A program made the translations under genes and the position numbers. The notes under the pieces are model-generated. The model had not been told where the DNA came from and did not search any database. It worked only from the letters and a program-made list of their open reading frames with translations. A stretch of 64,000 nt of DNA from Candidatus Melainabacteria bacterium 17Bon1m (GTDB lineage: Bacteria > Cyanobacteriota > Vampirovibrionia > Obscuribacterales > Obscuribacteraceae), in the NCBI GenBank assembly GCA_032128875.1, contig JAVLKG010000015.1, forward strand, positions 28,346-92,345, given 5' to 3'. Below are positions 1 through 9,887 of the stretch, piece after piece (position 1 is the first letter of the stretch; each line of letters begins with the position of its first letter).

Positions 1-152
1 TCCCCTGCTAAGATCCTGGTGGTCAGGGCAGGTCAGGAAAAATCAACGACGCCCAGGACACTCCCACTCAGGCGATCAGGTTTCCCAAATCACACTTGCT
101 TTCTCTCCGAAAAGTCCCAAGTTTTCGGAGCGCCGATACCCAGAATCGACCG

Positions 153-235
153 CGGAGCAAGGCTTTTGGAACTTTTCAACAGAGCAGCACCTCAAAAGTC
201 CGCAATACCTTACGGAGCAAGGCTTTTGGAACTTT
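153..235. repeat. 23-bp direct repeat CGGAGCAAGGCTTTTGGAACTTT, two copies, 60-bp period
   Basis: Identical copies at 153-175 and 213-235, followed by a perfect 13-bp inverted repeat (236-248 / 257-269). Confidence 0.85.
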
Positions 236-430
236 CGCACTACGAAAACTTACGGTTTTTCGTAGTGCGTGTTCGAACAATAATTCAAGGTGTCCCTGAG
301 AGCTTGTCCCCCCCGCCGCTCCACTACACCTTTTAGTATTAATCATGCCAACGAAATAAGATCGAGGTGAAGACCAACAATCAAGAATCGCCCGGCTCAC
401 CCGATTCTCCAATAACTAGCCAGCCTAAGA

Positions 431-460
431 AGAGCAGCAGACGTCCCTGTCTGTTGCTCT
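431..460. terminator. Hairpin just downstream of ftsH, possible terminator
   Basis: AGAGCAGCAGAC (431-442) pairs with GTCTGTTGCTCT (449-460), 14 bp past the ftsH stop. The U-tract is weak. Confidence 0.45.
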
Positions 461-474
461 GTAGGACCTTTAGC

Positions 475-2796
475 TTAGGCGTGGTTGTCCTGCTCCAAAG
501 CCAGGTAGCGACCGCGCAAATTGTTTATCCGTGCTTCTATGAAGCTGCGCGTAGCCACATCGAGTGGTTCGGCAGACCAGCCATAAGGGTCTTTCTTGAC
601 CTTCTCCATAAGCGCATCCAAGCGTCCGTTAGCCCATTCAGGATGAGCTTCGACTTCCTGCATCGCTGCCGCAAAAAGCTCAGCAAAACGGTCTTCTCGC
701 ATGATTTTCTCCTCGAGCAATTCCCAAAACATCGTCCAGATGCTTTCAGAACGAATGAAGAGATTCATGATCCACCAGGTTCTTGCATAGAGAACTTTGG
801 TTTTCAAATTGCACTCTGCGTCAATCAAGTCCTTTTGAGCAGAACCCATCTCTGTAGAGTTAGTCATGCCGCGCTGCCCCAACGAAATCGGTCCCAATTT
901 CTCAGAACCGTACCAGCGGCCGATTGCACGGTAAATGTTTCCTGCCACCACTTCGAAGTCGTTGTCTGGTCCCGAGTCTTTAGTGTTGAGAAAGACAAGT
1001 TGAGCAGCACTGCCTCCGAAACCGCAAACGGCATCGGCATCTACGTCATCCAAGGTTTTGGTAAAGGAATCTCGGCTTGGAGTTTTAAAAGTCAAACCAC
1101 CTGAGCGTCCCCTCGGTTCAACCGCGATGAAACGCACCATTTCATCGGTCCTTCCCAGAAAGCCTTCGTATGCAATGCCGATCGCATGACCTGCTTCGTG
1201 CACTACAGTATTGAAGATTTCCTCAAAGGTCAGGTTTACTTGCGTTTTTACACCCATCAAATGCCGCAACAATCCCTCAAAGAAATCCTCCTGGGTGACA
1301 GTTGATTTGATGATTTCCTTTATGTCGTCTTCGCTATAGCCTCCCTTTGCTCTCAGCTTGTCTGCTTCGACCTCAGCCAACTCGTCCGCGTAGAGTGCGG
1401 TTTCGTTGACTACGTTTTCCAAATCCGCGCCGGTTAGACCTCCTAAGACACTGGCTATGGCGTAGAAATTAACGTCTTTAGCTAAGGGCACTTCACGTTT
1501 TGCGCTATGCACTTTGAGAATGGCAACGCGTCCGTCCAAGTGTGGAGGGTCGACTTTGATCTTCCAGGTAAAGCGACCTGGACGAAGAAGTGCTTTGTCC
1601 AGGATATCGACCCTGTTCGTGGCACCAAATATCCATAAACCGAAATTCTGATTGCCGGTGTTTAATCCCTGCAATTCGACCAGAATCTGGTTCAATGTTT
1701 GATCCGCTTCCGGATGAGCGACAGGTCCATTCGACCGAGCCCGTCCAACCGCATCCAACTCGTCAATAAAAATTATGCAAGGCCGTTTGTCACGGGCATC
1801 GGCAAACATCTCTCGTACACGGTTTGCACCCAAACCCACGAACATTTCAACGAAGTCAGATCCGGAAATAACGAAAACCGGCACATTGCACTCTTTGGCC
1901 AGAGCTGTAATAAGCAGTGTCTTACCAGTGCCCGGAGGGCCTTCGAGCAAAACGCATTGAGGAAGCTTTCCTCCAAAACGAGACTTTTTGCTCAGCGACT
2001 GCAGCCGAGTCATCAACTCAGCAGCGGTTACGGACAACGCTCCTTTCTCGTTTGCCTCCGCACGTTTTGCCTCTTCTTCAGTACGAATTTTTTTGACGAC
2101 TTCAGCTTGCTCAACTATTTTAAGCTTGAGCTTTTTCATCTGACCGATTGCCTCAGGAATGCCTGCCACATCCGAAAATCCGTTACCTTTGATGTCTTCC
2201 GGATTGACCCACTGCCCAAAAACCTTGTCTGCAACACCTTGAGCATCGCCCAATCCACCTCGATTCGGGGCGAGCATGCCTTTACCGCGTCCAGCCAGAC
2301 CACGCCACTGCCCGGTGATCATCATGATTACAAAACCAATAATGATAAAGCCCAGTGCAAGTTTGGCTATGTACATAACGATCGCCAGCAATCCAGCGAA
2401 GAACGAACTTAGCGAACTGGGGTTGTGTCCCAGATCGTTTTCTTCGTCGTTGCCGTGATGCCCTGCTCCAGTATGCTCATGCTTAATAACGATCTCTAAC
2501 GGCTTGCCTCCGGTGGTGTCACCAGCGGTGACAACCGTACTACCTTCAGAAAGAGTGAGCGGCTTTGAAGTCGTTGGCTGCACAGCAGTGGTATCGAGCG
2601 CAGGCTTAGATGTTTCTGCATTTTTTGCAGACACTGGATTCATGTCAGGCCAGGCTGATTGCGACGCTGGAGTGACACCGTTATTGACCTGCTGCGGAGG
2701 TCCTTGACTGATTATGCCAGAAGGCATTGTCTGAATGTGGTAAAAAACCGCTCCAAACGCTACTGCGAAAAACGCAGGTATAAAGTAATTTTTCAT
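475..2796 (-). CDS. ftsH: ATP-dependent zinc metalloprotease, FtsH family (divergent paralog)
   Basis: Walker A GPPGTGKT, pore loop MFVG, Walker [19 protein letters not shown], zinc motif HEAGH, N-terminal hydrophobic segments, AGGAG RBS. Confidence 0.92.
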   Translation of the reverse strand: MKNYFIPAFFAVAFGAVFYHIQTMPSGIISQGPPQQVNNGVTPASQSAWPDMNPVSAKNAETSKPALDTTAVQPTTSKPLTLSEGSTVVTAGDTTGGKPLEIVIKHEHTGAGHHGNDEENDLGHNPSSLSSFFAGLLAIVMYIAKLALGFIIIGFVIMMITGQWRGLAGRGKGMLAPNRGGLGDAQGVADKVFGQWVNPEDIKGNGFSDVAGIPEAIGQMKKLKLKIVEQAEVVKKIRTEEEAKRAEANEKGALSVTAAELMTRLQSLSKKSRFGGKLPQCVLLEGPPGTGKTLLITALAKECNVPVFVISGSDFVEMFVGLGANRVREMFADARDKRPCIIFIDELDAVGRARSNGPVAHPEADQTLNQILVELQGLNTGNQNFGLWIFGATNRVDILDKALLRPGRFTWKIKVDPPHLDGRVAILKVHSAKREVPLAKDVNFYAIASVLGGLTGADLENVVNETALYADELAEVEADKLRAKGGYSEDDIKEIIKSTVTQEDFFEGLLRHLMGVKTQVNLTFEEIFNTVVHEAGHAIGIAYEGFLGRTDEMVRFIAVEPRGRSGGLTFKTPSRDSFTKTLDDVDADAVCGFGGSAAQLVFLNTKDSGPDNDFEVVAGNIYRAIGRWYGSEKLGPISLGQRGMTNSTEMGSAQKDLIDAECNLKTKVLYARTWWIMNLFIRSESIWTMFWELLEEKIMREDRFAELFAAAMQEVEAHPEWANGRLDALMEKVKKDPYGWSAEPLDVATRSFIEARINNLRGRYLALEQDNHA

Positions 2797-3161
2797 AACG
2801 AACTCCTAGTTCTCTCCGGAAGCCCTTCGAAAACTCGATTTTCTTGCGTTAAACAATCGAGATTGCTCAACGATTGCGAATTAGCGAAAGCAGGTTTTCA
2901 CCGCACTTCGCCGCCCTCCAGCAGTTGACTCGAGTCAAAGGCCGGAGCAAACTGCATCAAAATCAATCTCTCAACTAGAAAGATCGGCCCTTATTCCTTT
3001 TGTGCAACCGTGCCTCAGGAAAAGGTTGGCCACCGTCCGAAATTCCGCTTAAAAGCCTCCAACCGATCGCACCAATGCGATTGAAAAAAACATGATTCGC
3101 GAACGAAACGTTGTAGGTGCGAGGGTAAGGGCTCTTTGAAGGAAAGAAGACGGTTGATTGC

Positions 3162-3190
3162 AGTCTAAAAAAAGTACGCTGCCGGCGCAA
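3162..3190 (-). promoter_or_regulatory. Putative sigma70-type promoter for ftsH
   Basis: Minus strand reads TTGCGC, a 17-nt spacer, then TAGACT; this implies a leader of about 360 nt. Confidence 0.45.
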
Positions 3191-3736
3191 TGAAATATTT
3201 AGGTTTAACACGCGAGGATGGCTGATTTTAGGGTTGCCGAACTAATCACAGAGTAAATAACTGATCTAAACGGGCCGATCGTCGAACAAAAAATTGAGAC
3301 AGTAGCAAAATTTGCAAACCTATCAAAAACTGCCTTCCCAAGCCAAGCGCTTAGCCCCTCTTGCACCGTCTCAGACAAAAATCAAAAACTGGTAGGTATT
3401 CGTCAATAACAAAAAAAACTCTCCTCAGCCCTTCTTTTTCATTTTATTTAGCGGTTTTGGAAATGTTATTCCAAGAATGCAATTACCGCAATTTCCAATA
3501 AGACGAAAACCTCCTGCACTAAGAGAAATAGACAGTCTGAACATTGCATACACCCTTAGCGGTGTAGCAATGGAGGTCGGCAGTGCGTTGAAGTTGGGTA
3601 GAAGCAAAAATTGCGCGTCGCAACGGTTTTACAAAAATCCTGCGCCTTGTTTTTTCACGCCCAAACATCCTCGAGCACTGGTCTGCAAGCAGGTCGGAGT
3701 TCGAGCGCGTTTACCATTCATTTGAGGATTTATGTC

Positions 3737-4846
3737 ATGAAAAACATCATCACAGAAATACCATGGCGAAGACTGATAAGGGTTGGCAAGCCGTTTTGGG
3801 CGTCCGAAGACGGCAAAACAGGCTTTATGTACCTTGTCACAATTCTGCTTCTGCTGACCGCCAAGACATACTTAGCTGTATTCGTGGTGCGCACGGCAGG
3901 CAATTTTATGACGGCTATCGAACAGAAGAGTCTGGGTAATTTTTACCTTTACCTGACCTTCTCAATCGTAGCCATTTGTTTCACCGTACCAATAGAGGTT
4001 TACTACAACTTTTTAAAAACAAGACTCGCTCTGCTCTGGAGAAATTGGCTGTCCGAGACATTTATCGACCGGTACTTTCTGCAAAAACTGGGATTACCGA
4101 TCGAATGTTCTGCAGAAATAGACAATCCTGAGCAACGCATAACGCAAGATGTGGACAGCTTTTGCAATTCGTCCGTAAGGCTGTCTATCACCATTTTGGA
4201 TGCCACTGTCAGCGTTTGCACATTCATGGTGGTGCTCTGGAATCTCTCCGGCACTCTTGTTTTCACTGTCATCATCTACTCTACAGTGGGGCTGCTGGTT
4301 GTATCGCACGTAGGCAGGGCGCTGATTGATCTCAGTAATCGACAGATTGCTGTTGAAGCTGATTTAAGAGCGAATATCAAAGATGCTCGCATTCAGCTGG
4401 AGAAGAGCCGTACAGACGAAAATGGCGAATGTCTGCAAGACTGCGTCAATGAGTCGAAATTGCGCCTCTCAAGCGTCATGACGACTCTGACAAACATTAT
4501 GCTCGTGCATAAAAGCATCCAATTATTCACGGGCACATACAACCACATAATGCCGTTAATACCGGCAGTGATTATGACTCCTGCATATATTGCAGGTGAC
4601 ATAGATTTTGGCGCGATTACACAGGCGGTTCTTGCTTTTACAGCCGTATTCAATGGCGCGACAGTGCTGATTGGACATTTCGGCGACATCAGCCACTTCG
4701 CAGCTATAGTCAACAGACTTGGCACCATGGAAGAAGAAATGAGCAGCGCCGAAACCGCATCGTACAGAGACTTCTGCTTGCAGAGAGGACAACATCAATC
4801 CGGCAAAGAAAAGGATAGTACTCATGCAAGCGCAGCCTGCAAATAA
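3737..4846 (+). CDS. ABC transporter transmembrane domain only (YddA / ABCD / SbmA-BacA-like), no ATPase domain
   Basis: Motifs L.WR.WL, IDNPEQRITQDV and GDIDFGAITQA..AF, about 6 TM segments; the ORF ends without a Walker A. ATG at 3737 follows GAGG. Confidence 0.8.
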   Translation: MKNIITEIPWRRLIRVGKPFWASEDGKTGFMYLVTILLLLTAKTYLAVFVVRTAGNFMTAIEQKSLGNFYLYLTFSIVAICFTVPIEVYYNFLKTRLALLWRNWLSETFIDRYFLQKLGLPIECSAEIDNPEQRITQDVDSFCNSSVRLSITILDATVSVCTFMVVLWNLSGTLVFTVIIYSTVGLLVVSHVGRALIDLSNRQIAVEADLRANIKDARIQLEKSRTDENGECLQDCVNESKLRLSSVMTTLTNIMLVHKSIQLFTGTYNHIMPLIPAVIMTPAYIAGDIDFGAITQAVLAFTAVFNGATVLIGHFGDISHFAAIVNRLGTMEEEMSSAETASYRDFCLQRGQHQSGKEKDSTHASAACK

Positions 4847-5242
4847 CGATTTGCCCAAGAAGTCGAAGCCGCGCTGCAACATCAAAGCTGGTGATGATCG
4901 AGAACGGACTCCGCATCGCCAGCAATTTCATCCTTTTTTGCAGCCTTTACTACAGCTTTTAATAAATACAGACAATTTTTAAAATAGGCTTGGCAGGCTG
5001 TTTCTTAAGGATCTTCTGACTGAGTTCGATAAACTCAGCCAGAATTTCCAAAAATGCCATGGCAAGATTTACTCACGTTTCACCAGTTATTTATTCTTTC
5101 AAATTGCGAAAAACGCTTACGATACGGTTTTTATAGGTTTCAGTGTTCATTTCATTACTCCTAAAAAAGTTGCTGGTCGTATCCCTGCGATCAGCAACTA
5201 GAAATTACCAACTCATCCAGTGTTGGTGCTTGTTCAACTTTT

Positions 5243-5596
5243 TCAGCGAGCTACAGTTAGCTCGTAGAATGTCTTCTTTACTGCAAATACGAACTCATCT
5301 CCCACCTTTGGAGTAGAAGATAGTCGCAAATGCTTTTCTGTAGAGGGCGCAAAGGCAAACTTCTCGCCACTGCCTACCCCCTCGATTTCTACTGCAATCG
5401 CGGCTGTTCCGGTGGCGCCCGAAGCAGAAATGACATTGGTCACAATAACGTGCTTATTTCGCGCTGCAAAACGCTGCAAAGCTGGAGGCTCGACATCGCG
5501 GAGCGAATATTCGTGAAAAATTCCAATGCAAAAGGTAAGCACATAAAGTGCGTAAGGAATAATTTTGTCCTTGAATGACGCTTTTTCTTTGACCAA
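5243..5596 (-). CDS. Hypothetical protein with N-terminal membrane anchor
   Basis: 117-aa ORF directly abutting the upstream ORF stop at 5597; one hydrophobic segment. Confidence 0.6.
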   Translation of the reverse strand: MVKEKASFKDKIIPYALYVLTFCIGIFHEYSLRDVEPPALQRFAARNKHVIVTNVISASGATGTAAIAVEIEGVGSGEKFAFAPSTEKHLRLSSTPKVGDEFVFAVKKTFYELTVAR

Positions 5597-6049
5597 TTAG
5601 CTCTCCGAATGATTGTTACGTTGGCTGCTCCCATCCTCTTTCGGCAGCGTCTTTTGATTTTCATTTGGCGGCGAATTCTGCCGTTTTACTGCCTGTTCTT
5701 TTGCATAGCGATAGCCTTTGAGCAAAATCGCACTGAGCACTGAAACGACATATAAACGCAAGCAGTAAGCTAAAACTGCCAGCGAACCGCAAAAAAATGA
5801 ACCCACAAAATAGAGTATTTCATATGAGTCTAAATACCATCCGGCGACGCCGAAAAGCAAAGAGAGAAACAGCGCGGTATATGTTATTAAGGCTAAAATC
5901 CGTGCCGGTGGCAGTTGGTCGATTGCTATCTCTGTAACTGTTTCGGCAACACCTTCTTCCGCAAAACTAAGAGCCCATTTCTTCAGTCTCTCTTTCAATG
6001 TCACTTGTCGTTTCCTCTTTTCGTTTTCATTTAAAGCAATGAACAGCAA
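5597..6049 (-). CDS. Hypothetical membrane protein
   Basis: 150-aa ORF with two hydrophobic helices; start uncertain. Confidence 0.6.
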   Translation of the reverse strand: MLFIALNENEKRKRQVTLKERLKKWALSFAEEGVAETVTEIAIDQLPPARILALITYTALFLSLLFGVAGWYLDSYEILYFVGSFFCGSLAVLAYCLRLYVVSVLSAILLKGYRYAKEQAVKRQNSPPNENQKTLPKEDGSSQRNNHSES

Positions 6050-6107
6050 TGCAAGCGACGCAAAAGCGAAAAATAGAGCCCGCTGTACGGACCATTAATC
6101 GCTAACC

Positions 6108-6164
6108 AAAAGAAGACGGCTCGCACAGTTCGAGTCTTGTGAGTGACTGGAAAAGCGCGAGCCG
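6108..6164 (-). terminator. Putative intrinsic terminator after fadJ
   Basis: CGGCTCGC (6117-6124) / GCGAGCCG (6157-6164) stem followed by TCTTCTTTT on the minus strand. Confidence 0.5.
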
Positions 6165-6183
6165 ACTGAATTATTATTGCGAC

Positions 6184-8526
6184 TTACTTGTAGAAGTTGT
6201 CGCGTGACGAGCTGTGCTCGGCGAAATGAGCGCACCCGCGATAGTTAGCTCTGAATGGCTCATCACTACAGGCCAAACTCAAATCCTCGCTCAACTCGAA
6301 AAGAGTGCGTACACCTCTCTGATCGGCATAACGGATTGGTCCGCCCAGAGAAGGCGGAAAGCCCGTAGCGAAGACGAAAGCCAGGTCGATGAGATTAGGC
6401 TCGTCCACAACACCATCGGCAAGAACTCTAACGGCTTCGTTGACTATCGCAAGAACTAGATATTCCTGCACCGATTCAACTGCCATATTGAGGTTGCCCA
6501 TGCCGCTGAATTGCTTCGCAAGTTGCGGATTCACCTTGGGCAGACGAGTTTTAGCATCTCTCACGATGTTTCCCTTATCCCAAAGATAGATGCCGGCGCC
6601 GCTTTTCTTTCCGAGCTGGCCCTTCGAGATAAGCCAGGAGACAAAGTCCGTCTCAGCGCTCGGGCGCGACATCCTTTGCCCATATGCACTGAACATCGAA
6701 TCAGAAACACTGGAGATGACATCCAGTCCGACTTGATCAAGCAGCGTGACAGGTCCCATCGGCATACCCAGGTCAAGCATCGCTTTGTCAATCAAATGCG
6801 GCGAGACGCCTTTAGACAGAAGCCACGATGTCGTGAGGATGTAGGGTGCGAGGATTCGATTGACGACGAAGCCGGGATTGTCTTTGCAGACGATAGGCAA
6901 TTTTCCCAGCTTCACTGCAATATCCATCGCTGTTGCAACAGCTTCAGGACAGGAGTTGGCGGATTTACCGACTTCGACAAGTCCCATTTTGCTAACCGGA
7001 TTGAAGAAGTGAAGGCCGGCAAAACGCTGCTTATTTCGCAGGTTGTCCGACAACTCCGACAACGACAATGCGGAAGTGTTGGTGAAAAGCCAAAGTTGTT
7101 TGCCGCCGTTAGCATCGAATGCGGACTCAATTTTGCGATAACACTCCATCTTGTCCTGGACGGTCTCGCGCACGGCCTCGATGATAGCGTCACATTGACA
7201 CAGATCCACGTATTCTGTCGAGGTGAGAAGCTTCGCGATTAGAGCAGGCTTGTCATCCAATCGCAGCTTGCCTTCACGAATACGACCGTCGATTAGGTTC
7301 GATATTTCCAAGACGGCTTGCTCAAGGGACTTTTCGAAGATATCGACGAGCACTACTTTTGCAAATGCTTTCGAGACAATCGCCTCAAAAGCAATCTCGC
7401 GACCCATTACACCGGCTCCGACAACACCCAAAGTGCTTACCGCGTGCGGCGATACGCCCTGTGGAAATTGCTTGGCTCGGCTCTTATCCTGGAAAATATC
7501 CACCATATTTTGCGAAGCCTGCGACATTGCCAGCTCCGCAAAAACAACCGATTCATTTCTAAGCGCCTCGGGAAAGGGCAGTTCGGCAGAGCGCATTATC
7601 ACTTCTGCTGCTTTCAGCGGCGCGATATAACCTTTGCTCTTGCGCTTCACTTCAGAGACGACACCCTGAGCAAATCGGTCGCGCCCCATTTGACCCGAGT
7701 AATTGCGAAGAAGAAGCACGCCGACATCCTTGATCCGCTGGCGCCAGTCCATATTCGCAAACTGACGCACGGAGGCAATTTCAGACTCTTCGTGTTCGTC
7801 CGCCGCCTGACTGGAATCAGTGCTCGCGACCCAAACTCCGGTCATCAGCACCTCTTGCGCACGAGACATCAGCTGATCTTGCGAAACCACTTCATGGATA
7901 AGCCCTTTGGCAAGCGCGTCTTTTGCTCCCACGCTCTCACCTCGACTGATGAATTCCACGGCTTTCAGAGTATCGCCCATCGCTCGAGGCAAAAGAATAC
8001 ACCCGCCAAACCCTGGAAGGATGCCGAGTTTGACCTCAGGCAAACCCAGATGGGTAGCCGGATCATCCGTAGCAATGCGGTAGTCGCACCAGAGCGCCAA
8101 CTCCATACCGCCACCCTGGCACGAGCCGTGTATGGCAGCTAAAGTCGGAATATGTATTCCGCGCATACCAAGGCGCCCGAGCACTTTCTTCCCGTACTCA
8201 GCAGCGGCAAAAGCATCTGCGATGCTCTGCTCTTGCAGTGCGTCGATCTCATGGACATCGGCGCCCGCAATAAAATTGGCGGACTTTCCAGAGCGAATAA
8301 TCAAGCCAGATCCCGCAGCGTCCTCATCGTTGATGAGGCTTTCGATCTGATTTAAGCGCCTGTCAATTTCTTGCAACGTCTTCTTACTCAGAAGATTTAC
8401 TTTGCCCGGCACATCAATGGTCAACACGAATATGCCGTTAGGTAGCAGTTCCATTGACGTGCAAGAGAAAGGACCACTACCGTCCGTCTGTTTCAATAGA
8501 GCGTTCAGCTCCTGATTGGTTTTCAT
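6184..8526 (-). CDS. fadJ: Fatty-acid oxidation complex alpha subunit (enoyl-CoA hydratase / 3-hydroxyacyl-CoA dehydrogenase), FadJ/FadB-like
   Basis: Crotonase motifs FIAGAD, GGGMELAL, LPEVKLGILPGFGG; dehydrogenase motifs GAGVMG, IIEAV, NTS, HFFNP, PGFVVNR, PMGP. Start trimmed to ATG 8526. Confidence 0.92.
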   Translation of the reverse strand: MKTNQELNALLKQTDGSGPFSCTSMELLPNGIFVLTIDVPGKVNLLSKKTLQEIDRRLNQIESLINDEDAAGSGLIIRSGKSANFIAGADVHEIDALQEQSIADAFAAAEYGKKVLGRLGMRGIHIPTLAAIHGSCQGGGMELALWCDYRIATDDPATHLGLPEVKLGILPGFGGCILLPRAMGDTLKAVEFISRGESVGAKDALAKGLIHEVVSQDQLMSRAQEVLMTGVWVASTDSSQAADEHEESEIASVRQFANMDWRQRIKDVGVLLLRNYSGQMGRDRFAQGVVSEVKRKSKGYIAPLKAAEVIMRSAELPFPEALRNESVVFAELAMSQASQNMVDIFQDKSRAKQFPQGVSPHAVSTLGVVGAGVMGREIAFEAIVSKAFAKVVLVDIFEKSLEQAVLEISNLIDGRIREGKLRLDDKPALIAKLLTSTEYVDLCQCDAIIEAVRETVQDKMECYRKIESAFDANGGKQLWLFTNTSALSLSELSDNLRNKQRFAGLHFFNPVSKMGLVEVGKSANSCPEAVATAMDIAVKLGKLPIVCKDNPGFVVNRILAPYILTTSWLLSKGVSPHLIDKAMLDLGMPMGPVTLLDQVGLDVISSVSDSMFSAYGQRMSRPSAETDFVSWLISKGQLGKKSGAGIYLWDKGNIVRDAKTRLPKVNPQLAKQFSGMGNLNMAVESVQEYLVLAIVNEAVRVLADGVVDEPNLIDLAFVFATGFPPSLGGPIRYADQRGVRTLFELSEDLSLACSDEPFRANYRGCAHFAEHSSSRDNFYK

Positions 8527-8567
8527 GACAGTTCCTGTTTTGTTTGAATGGAGGGAGCGCAAACTAG

Positions 8568-9803
8568 CTATTCGCTCTTGTAGCGCTTTAGAAGGGCAGC
8601 ACCGCCAATTCCACCGCCGACGCACAAGGTGCAAATAGCAGTGTCGATTGAGTTGTCGATGAGCATTTCATAACTGGCAGCACCAATAATTCGCGCACCA
8701 GACATGCCTAGTGGATGGCTGAGCGATATTCCGCCGCCGTTATGATTGACTTTATCGAAAGGAATTCCCAACCGCTTCAAACAAGCCACTGCCTGTGCGG
8801 CAAATGCCTCGTTAAGTTCGAAATAGTCAATTTCAGCTATGTCCATGCCGTGTTTCGCGAGCAGCCCGTTAACTGCGTTTACCGGTCCCAACCCCATCGA
8901 TAAGGCGTGCCGACCGCTGAAGTGGAAGTCCACGATTTCTGCAATTGGAGTTAGACCCAGGCGCTTCGCCATGCTTTCGGAACACAAAACTAGCGCACAA
9001 GCGCCATCGCCCATTCCGCTCGCATTGCCTGCAGTGACAACGCCTGTCCCTGCTTGATCTCTGAGATCAGCCAGGGCTGCAATGTCTGTCACTCGAGGAT
9101 GCTCATCCTCAGTTACTAGTCCCACGCCCGGTACAACGATCGGCTCGATTTCCAGGGCGAGGCGATTACGCTGACTGAGAGCACGGTTTTGGGACATGAG
9201 CGCAAACTCGTCAGCGTCTTGGCGCGATACATTCATCAAGTCCGCCACAATCTGTGCGGTCTTGATCATGTTGAGAGCTTCGGCATCCTTTGACAAAGAC
9301 AGCGGGCCCAAACCACTTTCGGCAAGACCGATGAAGGGCAACGGACCAAAGAGCTTCAGCTGCTTGAAGCGTTTCAAAGCCTGCTTGCTCATCTGGCTAT
9401 AACGGTGTTGTCCCGGTATTATCAGTGGTGCCAGAGACATTGATTCGACGCCCACCGCTATCCCTAGATGCGCGTCGCCGCAGGCGATTCGATCAAACAC
9501 GGCTTGTACGGCTTTCATCCCGGAGGCACATTGCTCCTGCAAAGTGAAGGCTTCAATCGATGCAGGCAAACGCGCTTCATTGTAAGCAGAGAAACGAGCC
9601 GTATTGGGCTCGAAAAAACTCTGCAACGTGTGACCAAAAGCTATGACGTCAATCCAGCTCTTGTGTTTGATTCCGGCACGACGAATTGCGCCGGTAAGCG
9701 CGTGCGCCCCCAGTTTGGACGGCGGAACTCGGCTGAGTTTCCCACCCAATTTTCCAATCGGTGTGCGGCTCACAGCCGCAATTAGAACCTTTTGCTTGTT
9801 CAT
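8568..9803 (-). CDS. Acetyl-CoA C-acyltransferase (thiolase)
   Basis: RTPIG, QCASG, ESMS, TAGNASG..DGA, ELNEAFA, HPLGMSG and CVGGG thiolase motifs; adjacent to fadJ. Confidence 0.93.
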   Translation of the reverse strand: MNKQKVLIAAVSRTPIGKLGGKLSRVPPSKLGAHALTGAIRRAGIKHKSWIDVIAFGHTLQSFFEPNTARFSAYNEARLPASIEAFTLQEQCASGMKAVQAVFDRIACGDAHLGIAVGVESMSLAPLIIPGQHRYSQMSKQALKRFKQLKLFGPLPFIGLAESGLGPLSLSKDAEALNMIKTAQIVADLMNVSRQDADEFALMSQNRALSQRNRLALEIEPIVVPGVGLVTEDEHPRVTDIAALADLRDQAGTGVVTAGNASGMGDGACALVLCSESMAKRLGLTPIAEIVDFHFSGRHALSMGLGPVNAVNGLLAKHGMDIAEIDYFELNEAFAAQAVACLKRLGIPFDKVNHNGGGISLSHPLGMSGARIIGAASYEMLIDNSIDTAICTLCVGGGIGGAALLKRYKSE

Positions 9804-9887
9804 GAATTTATCTCGTTCTTTTGAGTTTCGATTGACCGGCGCAGCAAGTCTTTTGCTACACCGGTCGCTAAGAAGCGCTACCGCGGA

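Noticed and set aside
153-235. Possible CRISPR mini-array (23-bp repeat, 37-bp spacer)
   Set aside because: Only two copies, no cas genes in the window, and the spacer is partly complementary to the repeat.
367-8142. Long plus-strand ORFs (367-1104, 1699-2412, 6511-7242, 7318-8142)
   Set aside because: Antisense shadows of ftsH and fadJ with no motifs.
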